NCBI GenBank assembly: GCA_964632315.1 | Contig: CAZWEM010000068.1 | Coordinates: 1 to 16,678 of the forward strand | Length of the DNA stretch: 16,678 nucleotides | From: an uncultured archaeon | GTDB lineage: Archaea; Asgardarchaeota; Lokiarchaeia; Sigyniarchaeales; SOKP01 | Reading direction: 5' to 3' | Part shown: positions 1-7,029 of the stretch, in pieces | Position numbering within the stretch: position 1 is the stretch's first letter | Layout of the letters: each line of letters opens with the position of its first letter | Notes under the pieces: generated by a model | The model's database searches: none | Told to the model about the DNA's origin: nothing | What the model saw: only the letters and a program-made list of their open reading frames with translations | Program-made: the position numbers and the translations under genes

Positions 1-1291
1 ATGAACAACAGCCCTTAAAACATTGCTGGCATACTCTACATCCCATTGCGATCAAAACTGGCATTGAACACATCGTGACATCGGCACCTAAGGCTATGGC
101 TTTTATCAAATCTGCAGAATATCGAATTGAACCTCCAGCTATTAAAGTGACTTCTTCTCTTAGGTTTTCTTCCCTTAACCTTTTATCAACAGCAGCAATG
201 GCCAATTCAATTGGAATACCCGCATGATCTCGGATGATTCTTGGAGCTGCACCCGTTCCGCCTCTAAATCCATCTAATGTTATGAAATCTGCTCCACCTC
301 GTGCTATGCCTACAGCAATTGGTGCCGAGTTATGAACTGCTGCGATTTTTACACCTATGGGGACCTTATATCTGGTCGCCTCTTTTAATGCAGCAATTAA
401 TTGAGCTAGATCTTCAATTGAATAGATATCGTGATGAGGATAAGGAGATAATGCGTCGCTCCCTATGGGTATCATTCTTGTTTCAGAGATCAAACTGCTC
501 ACTTTCTCTCCAGGTAAATGACCACCATGGCCTGGTTTTGCTCCTTGACCAATTTTAATTTCTATTCCCGCTGCATAATGGAGGTAATTAATGTCAACTC
601 CAAATCGTCCTGATGCGACTTCAGTAATGAGATTTGGGGCATATTCATAGAAATCGGGGTGTAATCCCCCCTCTCCTGAGCCCGCTATTATATTCAATTC
701 TTTAGCAGCTTGATAAATGGCTTGACAAGCATTATAACTGATAGATCCTAAACTCATGTGCCCAATCATCATTGGCATATCGATTTCAATATTAGGATTT
801 ATAGTTGTCTTTAAAGAGATACTATTTAAGTCCTCATATTTAATTTCAAAATCGAGTCGTTTTGGTTTCCGTCCTAAAAAGACCTTAGTTTCAATAGCTT
901 CCCTCAAGGGATCGATACTAGGATTTGTTACTTGGCAAGCATCAAGGAGTAAGTCATCAAATATTGATCTAATTGGCCTATCATTACCAGTCGCTGAAAG
1001 TAACACTCCTCCGATACCTGATTGAGCCCAAATTATATTACGGATCATTTTTGTATAATTACCATGAGGAGGGAGGTAAGATTCGTTCTTAGAAATATGA
1101 ATAGCCTTCCCAGGGCACATTACAACGCATCTTTGGCAAGCGACGCATTTTTCATCTTCAGCAATTATTTGATCTCCATTAAAAGAGAAGACATCATAAG
1201 TGCAATTATTGATGCATCTCTTGCATTTTTTACAAGCCTCTCGATTAATATTCACTTTATAATTTGCAACTAATTCATGGGTTAACGCCAT
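1..1291 (-). CDS. gltB2: Archaeal-type glutamate synthase FMN-binding subunit (GltB2) with N-terminal 2x[4Fe-4S] ferredoxin domain; 3' end truncated by the window edge
   Basis: Not in the ORF track because there is no stop inside the window. Manual translation from ATG at 1291 gives MALTHELVANYKVNINREACKKCKRCINNC...CVACQRCVVMCP...DACQVTNPSIDPLRE...HMSLGSIS...GSGEGG...EVASGRFGV...IEIKIGQGAKPGHGGHLPGEKV...SPYPHHDIYSIEDLAQLI...LDGFRGGTGAAP...KAIALGAD...GCRVCQQCFKGCC. These are the diagnostic GOGAT synthase-domain and [3Fe-4S] motifs. GGAGGTG RBS lies within the last codons of gltB1. Confidence 0.95.
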   Translation of the reverse strand, partial: MALTHELVANYKVNINREACKKCKRCINNCTYDVFSFNGDQIIAEDEKCVACQRCVVMCPGKAIHISKNESYLPPHGNYTKMIRNIIWAQSGIGGVLLSATGNDRPIRSIFDDLLLDACQVTNPSIDPLREAIETKVFLGRKPKRLDFEIKYEDLNSISLKTTINPNIEIDMPMMIGHMSLGSISYNACQAIYQAAKELNIIAGSGEGGLHPDFYEYAPNLITEVASGRFGVDINYLHYAAGIEIKIGQGAKPGHGGHLPGEKVSSLISETRMIPIGSDALSPYPHHDIYSIEDLAQLIAALKEATRYKVPIGVKIAAVHNSAPIAVGIARGGADFITLDGFRGGTGAAPRIIRDHAGIPIELAIAAVDKRLREENLREEVTLIAGGSIRYSADLIKAIALGADVTMCSMPVLIAMGCRVCQQCFKGCCS

Positions 1292-2485
1292 TTAGCACAC
1301 CTCCATCAGTGTTTCGTAATTTATGTTTTTACGTTCTCCAATTCCATCACTTAGCAATCCCTTGCCTAATTCAGCAATAACAGCTGTACCACTTTTAGGA
1401 TGCCATATCTTTTTTAGATCTAATTTATAATGATCAATACTCAATTTTCTGAAAGATGCTTCCTCACTGCTCATGTAGACAGTGTTTTCATCATCAGATA
1501 TTCCAACCACTAAAGGACGTAACTTTTTTCGATCAGTTAGTCCGATCATCGTGGGATTAGGATTTGAAAGACCAACTACAATTGAAAACGGACCATTTAA
1601 CATGGCACTTCTATAGGTAGCCCTCACGAACTTGAATATATTCTGCGATTGTTCATCTAATTTATCGATCTCCTCATATAATGAAGGGGCTAAAGCAAAA
1701 CCAGCAATCGATAGTGGAATCTCATGTCTACGACAAAGAAGATCAAACAAATATGCGATTACTTCTGTATCGGTAGATAACGTGCATTCGTATCCAAAAG
1801 ATTCCAAGAACCTTCTATTCGTTCCGTATGAAGTTATTTCCCCATTATGCACAACCGAGCAATTTAAAAGATTAAATGGGTGGGCTCCCCCCCACCAACC
1901 CGGAGTATTTGTTGGAAACCTAGAATGAGCTAACCACATGTAAGCATCATACTCTGAGACTCTATAATACTCTGCAATCTCATGTGACCAGCCATTTCCT
2001 TTAAACACTCCCATGTTTTTTCCCGAGGACATTACAAACGCATTTTTTATATTTGCATTGATATGCATCACGCTTTGAACTATTTTTTCATCATGACTCC
2101 TAAAGTCTTCACCCTTAGGTTTAAAAAATATCCTCCACGTTATCGGTGGATTTTCTACATTACTTGGAATTTTGGTAGGGATTGGTTCAGATTGGACGAT
2201 ATGGCCACGTTTTTTAAGATATTCCACAACTTGAGCCTTTGCATTTTGATCTTCAAAGAGAAAATGAAAAGCATAGTAATCCTTATATTTTGGATAGATG
2301 CCATATGCAGCATAACCTGCTCCAAGCCCATTCTCTCTTTCTTTTAAAATACAGAGCATGTCAACAACTTTTTGACCAGAAACTTTAGTACCATCAATGT
2401 TAATGAATCCAGAAATTCCACAACCATCAAAAACTCGTTGATTCCTAAATTTTTCGGGCAAAGAAGTATAATCTGTCCATCTCAT
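1292..2485 (-). CDS. gltB1: Glutamate synthase glutamine amidotransferase subunit (class II/Ntn GATase, GltB1)
   Basis: DG|CGISG nucleophile Cys22 after a 21-aa leader; ERENGLGAGYA, SSGKNMGVFKG, AHSRFPTNTPGWWGGAHPF, VHNGEITSY, TDTEV, LNGPF, DRKKLRP motifs; stop abuts the gltB2 start (TAA-ATG). Confidence 0.92.
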   Translation of the reverse strand: MRWTDYTSLPEKFRNQRVFDGCGISGFINIDGTKVSGQKVVDMLCILKERENGLGAGYAAYGIYPKYKDYYAFHFLFEDQNAKAQVVEYLKKRGHIVQSEPIPTKIPSNVENPPITWRIFFKPKGEDFRSHDEKIVQSVMHINANIKNAFVMSSGKNMGVFKGNGWSHEIAEYYRVSEYDAYMWLAHSRFPTNTPGWWGGAHPFNLLNCSVVHNGEITSYGTNRRFLESFGYECTLSTDTEVIAYLFDLLCRRHEIPLSIAGFALAPSLYEEIDKLDEQSQNIFKFVRATYRSAMLNGPFSIVVGLSNPNPTMIGLTDRKKLRPLVVGISDDENTVYMSSEEASFRKLSIDHYKLDLKKIWHPKSGTAVIAELGKGLLSDGIGERKNINYETLMEVC

Positions 2486-2492
2486 AAAAGAA

Positions 2493-3851
2493 TCACTCCT
2501 CTATTGATTGGGAATTAATCTCCGTGTTTTTTGATTCTATTAGATTAAATAATTCTTTCAAATCGCTCACATTTGGTTCAAAATCCTCTAAATTAACTCT
2601 TTTACGGGCAGATTTTGATATCACTCCTATAATCCCTTTTTGAAGAAATGAATTAAATTCAGATTCATAACCCTTAGTTACATGACCTTGTTTAGTAGCT
2701 AAATTTCTTAATATCGTAAATATTTCTATGTATCCTACTCCTAAGGGACAGAGCTCGTAACATAGGTAGCAATCAAGACACATCCAAATAGAAGGATCTG
2801 AGATCGCTTCACTAATCTTCCCTTGAAGAATACTGCTAATGATCTTATTTGGACTGAATTCTGTCATTTTAGAAAGAAGGCAATCATCCTCACATGCTCT
2901 ACATGCGTGGCACTTAATCAAGAAAGAGAGATTAAAATTTTGTTGAATCTGCAAATTTTTTTCTTGGATAGTTGATATCTTTTCAAATAATGAATTGACA
3001 TTGGTCCTATGGTATTTTCTAATGATTTCTTGGATATCAATTCCTAATGCAATGCATAATAATTCGGAGTAATATAAAACAGGTATATCGAATTGAAATC
3101 CTTGTTTTTTCAATTCTCGTTGTTGGTGATCGAATTGGATATAACATTGAGGGCAGCACACAACAATGCAATCCACGTCAGTTTTATTTATACTACTCAA
3201 TTTAGCTTTTATCATCTCTAAAGCCAAGCTTGGCTTTCCTGCTCTTTCAAGGCTTCCTCCACAACACTCCATTTTTAAATCATATTCTATACCTTCAGCC
3301 CCAAGATCCCTTATTAAATCATCAAACAAGGTGGGTTTTAAAGGATCATCTAATTGTAATTTATTGCTTGGCCTAAGAAAATGACATCCATAATGAACTG
3401 CTACTCTTAACCCAGTCAGAGGAAATTTAAGATTATTCTTTATAGCTTCCCTGCTGAATTTAAAGAAAAATTCAACGAAATGATAAACTTGGGAAGTGCC
3501 TTGAACCTCTAAATCTATTTTATTTAAATAATTGTTTAATTTTCTCCGAAAATGATGATCTTCTTCGATTTCACATCGTGTCTTTTTTAGAGTTGTATAA
3601 CAACCATTACAAGGGGTAATTAAATCTTGATTTTTTGATTCAGCTAATGCTAGATTCCGGGCTGCAGTCAAGTAATATAATAATTTATTCGAGTTCTTTA
3701 TTCCGTTTGGATCTGGGCAGCATGAGAATCTTGAATCATTACTATATGAGATCTCAAGACTTTCTAAGACTTTTCTTACTGACACCTCAATAAAAGGAAG
3801 TCTATAAGATATGACACATCCCGGGAAGAAAGCAACTTGATCTTGAAACAT
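2493..3851 (-). CDS. hdrBC: Heterodisulfide reductase subunit B-subunit C fusion protein (two CCG domains plus 2x[4Fe-4S] HdrC-like domain)
   Basis: CCG1 is C12-x31-C44C45-x35-C81xxC84 (FFPGC, SCCP, AARNL, PCNGC). CCG2 is VAVHYGCHFLRPS...ECCGG...CCPQCYIQFD...IPVLYYSELL. The C-terminal domain has CHACRACEDDC and IWMCLDCYLCYELCP, typical of HdrC. Confidence 0.9.
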   Translation of the reverse strand: MFQDQVAFFPGCVISYRLPFIEVSVRKVLESLEISYSNDSRFSCCPDPNGIKNSNKLLYYLTAARNLALAESKNQDLITPCNGCYTTLKKTRCEIEEDHHFRRKLNNYLNKIDLEVQGTSQVYHFVEFFFKFSREAIKNNLKFPLTGLRVAVHYGCHFLRPSNKLQLDDPLKPTLFDDLIRDLGAEGIEYDLKMECCGGSLERAGKPSLALEMIKAKLSSINKTDVDCIVVCCPQCYIQFDHQQRELKKQGFQFDIPVLYYSELLCIALGIDIQEIIRKYHRTNVNSLFEKISTIQEKNLQIQQNFNLSFLIKCHACRACEDDCLLSKMTEFSPNKIISSILQGKISEAISDPSIWMCLDCYLCYELCPLGVGYIEIFTILRNLATKQGHVTKGYESEFNSFLQKGIIGVISKSARKRVNLEDFEPNVSDLKELFNLIESKNTEINSQSIEE

Positions 3852-3869
3852 CGGTTAACCAACAATATT

Positions 3870-3887
3870 GTGGGACTAGCATCCCAC
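3870..3887. promoter_or_regulatory. Palindromic candidate operator GTGGGA-N6-TCCCAC upstream of the hdrBC-gltB operon
   Basis: Perfect 6-bp GC-rich arms in an otherwise AT-rich region, 19-36 bp upstream of the hdrBC ATG and just downstream of TATA-like boxes on the minus strand (~3895-3908 and 3921-3928). Confidence 0.5.
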
Positions 3888-4256
3888 TAAACAATTTTAT
3901 AATATAATTAACAAAGTGAACTTATAAGCATTGTTATATCAAAAATTATCTGGATTTCATTCATTTTTTTACTGATATTGCTAAAAAAAATTCAATTGTA
4001 TCAAAGATCTTATTTAAAAAGAGAAGCGGAAACTAAAAATTGTTCAAAATTCAAGCCGACGAAATTCGATCTTCCTTGGTGTTAAATATCCATCCGTTAA
4101 GATTTGGCTAGGAATTTTTCAATCTCTTTTAGAAGAATAATCTCACATAACCATATTGCACGAAATTCGCTTAAAACGCTTTCAACAATAATAAAATAGC
4201 TAAATGCATAGATAAAATAATGCTTACTCTCATAATATTAGGAATACAAGGCTTCT

Positions 4257-4394
4257 ATGCTCAATTTTAGACAAACCGCTGGAAGTGTTAAAATTAAAGG
4301 GAAAAAGAGGAAGTGCAAAAATTGTGGTTGTAAGGCTTCAATATTCATCAAGGATAATGAAAGTTATAATAAAAAAGGGTTAAAGACCCCATAA
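4257..4394 (+). CDS. Possible 45-aa basic micro-ORF or gene remnant with one CxxCG knuckle
   Basis: MLNFRQTAGSVKIKGKKRKCKNCGCKASIFIKDNESYNKKGLKTP*; below the ORF-track cutoff; no clear RBS. Confidence 0.2.
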   Translation: MLNFRQTAGSVKIKGKKRKCKNCGCKASIFIKDNESYNKKGLKTP

Positions 4395-4540
4395 CTTGAA
4401 ATATAAATATAAAAATTGATTTATGTAGGTTTAAAGCTAAGGAGAGTCTCTTATTTACAAATATTTATAATAATTTTAGAAATGTGATTCTCTAAGCCTT
4501 AAGCCACAAGATTTCGGATTTGACCTAGCATTTTCCTAGC

Positions 4541-4622
4541 GGTTTTGTAAAAATGAACTTAGATGGGGTGTAGTCTCATTTAAGTGTCCCACTTGAACAG
4601 TGTTTGTTAAATTCACAAAACT
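4541..4622 (+). other. Candidate structured non-coding element (nested stems)
   Basis: 12-bp stem 4557-4568/4574-4585 with three G-U pairs, enclosed by an 8-bp stem 4541-4548/4615-4622. Confidence 0.3.
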
Positions 4623-4855
4623 TTGTAACTCAATCATTAATTGATAGAATTACTAAAAAAAATTCAATAAAATAGATAAGGAAATTCAATAATAGTGATA
4701 ATTTCTTTAAAAAGTAAAAAAATCATATATAAAGGGTAGGAGGGTGCCAATTTTCTAATTTATTATATCTATTTTATGAAAATTTAATTTGAGAATTTCA
4801 TTATATAACCAATCATGTAATTAATTTGATAGATAATGATTTAAGGGTTTATCCT

Positions 4856-4900
4856 TTAAGACTTGACGGGGAATCTCTTAAGATACTTGACGATGGAAAT
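4856..4900 (+). repeat. Imperfect direct repeat TTAAG(AT)ACTTGACG x2, 24-bp spacing
   Basis: ACTTGACG at 4861-4868 and 4885-4892, each preceded by TTAAG and followed by a GGAA-containing tail; ~80-110 bp upstream of the 4970 start. Confidence 0.5.
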
Positions 4901-4969
4901 ATTTTAATAAAATCCAAACTATTTATTCAATGTATTGCTATATTATAAATGTGTTAAAGAAGGAGGGTT

Positions 4970-5458
4970 GTGAAAATTAAAATAAACATTAATCATAAGG
5001 CTTTGGACCCCATAGATCGAAGTTATGATATTGGGATTGAGATAAGTGGAAATGGAACAGAGAAGAACCCAAAATTTATAAATTTTGATGATCTTATTGA
5101 AAAGCATTTATTTACAGTCGAGATTCATGATTCAGAATCTTTTTTAAGCCTTAAATTACGAGATTTCGGGAATCTTAGATTTTTAAACTCAAAAAATATC
5201 ACGATTCAAAACTCTCAATTAATTGAGTTAACCTTTATGGGTTGTGAAAATGTGGTCTTAAACGTAATAAACACTGATTACATTAAAATTGAAAATTGTA
5301 GAAACTTGACGCTTTTAAGTGGTAAGGTGAGATATGTTCATGTTATCGCAAGTTTCAATATCAAAATTGCGAATTCGACCATTCAGAAATTAGTCAGAGA
5401 GAGAAATACGGACTTGAAAATAGAGACTTCGATGATTGAGAAAACAAAATTAAAATAG
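4970..5458 (+). CDS. Small parallel beta-helix/solenoid repeat protein (paralog A)
   Basis: AGGAGG RBS before GTG; GNGTEKNP cap motif; five consecutive 18-aa coils (LRFLNSKNITIQNSQLIE / LTFMGCENVVLNVINTDY / IKIENCRNLTLLSGKVRY / VHVIASFNIKIANSTIQK / LVRERNTDLKIETSMIEK); no signal peptide or TM segment. Confidence 0.8.
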   Translation: MKIKININHKALDPIDRSYDIGIEISGNGTEKNPKFINFDDLIEKHLFTVEIHDSESFLSLKLRDFGNLRFLNSKNITIQNSQLIELTFMGCENVVLNVINTDYIKIENCRNLTLLSGKVRYVHVIASFNIKIANSTIQKLVRERNTDLKIETSMIEKTKLK

Positions 5459-5578
5459 GATTTTGAATAAATCAGTTATTTTAAACAATTCAATCCTTTA
5501 ATATGGCAGTATGTTTAAATATTAAAGTTAGGAATTTGAATATTAAGCTCTTTATATCAAATAAGCAGGGGTACCATT

Positions 5579-6088
5579 ATGAAAATCCATATTGAAAATG
5601 AACCGAAATTTTCTCTTTTAGCGCTAGGAGGGATAAATTTTGATTTAGTGTGGGAATATGAACTAGTTGGAATAGGATCTCTAGATGAACCTTTTGTTGT
5701 TAAACCAACCAATCAAAACGGGAATTTATTTTCCATAAGCATTGTAGATTCTAATCGGTTTCACATTTTATTGAATAGTTTAAAAATGGTAGGCTTAATT
5801 CTCAAAAATTGTAGAAATATCTTTATTCAGGATTCGCAATTAGTTTATTTACGATTAATTGACTGTGAAAAAATTAAAATCCAATCTGTAAGAATTAAAA
5901 AGATGTGCAAAATAGTAAGTTCTAAAGAAATTAATGTCTCAAATTTGATCTGTAAGAAAATGTATTTAAAAAATGGAGTTGAAATAAACGTTTCTTCTAG
6001 TCATATCTCTCGGTTATATGAAAAAGAAGAAAATGGGGTTTTATTTAGAGATAGCATTATTAAGAAAGTCAAAGAATGGGAATATTAA
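5579..6088 (+). CDS. Small parallel beta-helix/solenoid repeat protein (paralog B)
   Basis: Colinear with paralog A (MKI-I start, GIGSLDEPF cap, LFSISIVDS, NCRNIFIQDSQL); five 18-19-aa coils. Confidence 0.8.
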   Translation: MKIHIENEPKFSLLALGGINFDLVWEYELVGIGSLDEPFVVKPTNQNGNLFSISIVDSNRFHILLNSLKMVGLILKNCRNIFIQDSQLVYLRLIDCEKIKIQSVRIKKMCKIVSSKEINVSNLICKKMYLKNGVEINVSSSHISRLYEKEENGVLFRDSIIKKVKEWEY

Positions 6089-6177
6089 ATGATTTATCGT
6101 TTTAATTAACTCACGTATGCGGATTTTAACTTCTTTTTTTATATTTCACATATTTTCTTTAATGGAAAAATAAAAGA

Positions 6178-6366
6178 TCAACATACTTCTTTTTTTAAAA
6201 TTTCTATAAATTCCTCATCCTTCTCGCATTCAGGTTTCTTATTTTTGAGAGAAAAGAAATCCGAAAAAGAGATGACAATTTTTGAAAGTTCACGTGTGAA
6301 AGAATAAACGCCTTCTCGAGGATAATAATTTTTGAAAAAATTTTGCTGAATATTGGATGAACTCAT
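6178..6366 (-). CDS. Small hypothetical protein (62 aa from ATG 6366)
   Basis: The track ORF starts at GTG 6378, but GGTGA-TTAAA-ATG makes ATG 6366 the likelier start; TTATATAT TATA-like box ~35 bp upstream; no recognisable motif. Confidence 0.55.
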   Translation of the reverse strand: MSSSNIQQNFFKNYYPREGVYSFTRELSKIVISFSDFFSLKNKKPECEKDEEFIEILKKEVC

Positions 6367-6477
6367 TTTAATCACCACTTAAAACAAGAATTAAGGGAAT
6401 ATATAAGGAAACCCCCGACAAATTTAGTGATACATGTAAAGATCAAAACAGCATTTATGATTGAACTCGTTAGATCA

Positions 6478-6942
6478 TTACTTAATAAGCTTCCCTAGCG
6501 AACTTTCTTCCTTTATAACATTTAGGATTAAATGCGTATTAGTTCGCTCTACTTCAGGATACTTGTGCATCTCTTTAATCATTGCACTTAATTCGGAACG
6601 GTCCTTAAAGCGAGCAAGAATAAGGGCATCATAGGTTCCGGTGATGTCATACACTGCAAATACATTTGGATTTTCCGCGACCTTTTTCTCCATTTCGATC
6701 ATCTTACCTTTTGACGTTGTTAGTTCAATTACCGCCACAATCGTGAACCCAACTTTTTCATAATCGATTGTAGCTCCATAATTTTTAATGATACCTGAGT
6801 CTTCTAATTCGCTTACATGCCTTTTTATAGTCACTGGGGACTTATCGAGCTTTTTAGAAATACTGTGATATGTTTCACGTCCATCTTGTCCTAAAATTTT
6901 TAAAATTTCAAAATCAATATCTTCTAAATTCTTTTCATTCAT
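6478..6942 (-). CDS. Lrp/AsnC family transcriptional regulator
   Basis: N-terminal HTH (IDFEILKILGQDGRETYHSISKKLDKSPVTIKRHVSELEDSGII) and RAM domain (VYDITGTYDALILARFKD...VERTNTHLILNVIKE). Confidence 0.95.
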   Translation of the reverse strand: MNEKNLEDIDFEILKILGQDGRETYHSISKKLDKSPVTIKRHVSELEDSGIIKNYGATIDYEKVGFTIVAVIELTTSKGKMIEMEKKVAENPNVFAVYDITGTYDALILARFKDRSELSAMIKEMHKYPEVERTNTHLILNVIKEESSLGKLIK

Positions 6943-7029
6943 ATTTTCTAAAATTTTATTATTGATTTACGTAAAAAAATCTAATATACCTTTCAAAATA
7001 AATGATAATATTTGCATTTTTATTTAATA

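Noticed and set aside
301-1273. Plus-strand track ORFs 301-558, 756-1025 and 1022-1273
   Set aside because: Antisense shadows of gltB2, which occupies 1-1291 on the minus strand with clear motifs
1-2485. Alternative call as N-methylglutamate synthase (MgsABC), a GltB homolog
   Set aside because: The N-terminal 2x[4Fe-4S] domain, QVTNPSIDPLRE and TNTPGWWGGAHPF fit the archaeal/Thermotoga split GOGAT type better; not fully excludable without a phylogeny
2493-2495. TGA ending hdrBC as possible selenocysteine (Lokiarchaeia have Sec-containing Hdr-related proteins)
   Set aside because: It is not at a Cys-motif position, all Fe-S ligands are already Cys, and readthrough would add only ~15 aa overlapping gltB1
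1632-3384. Plus-strand track ORFs 1632-1928, 2063-2347 and 3166-3384
   Set aside because: Antisense to gltB1 and hdrBC; no motifs
4553-4588. AUGAA-stem-loop resembling a eukaryote-like SECIS element
   Set aside because: The 3' side reads UGUC rather than the required NGAN, the apical loop has no AA, and no upstream plus-strand gene with an in-frame TGA is visible; kept only as a generic structured-RNA candidate
3950-4850. Mobile element, tRNA or rRNA in the long intergenic gap
   Set aside because: No transposase-like frame, terminal inverted repeats, cloverleaf or sustained GC-rich structure that I could identify
1292-6190. gltB1 and the small ORF both end in EVC-stop (possible C-terminal Cys modification signal)
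   Set aside because: In gltB1 the ending is dictated by the GGAGGTG RBS of gltB2; not a CaaX pattern; probably coincidence
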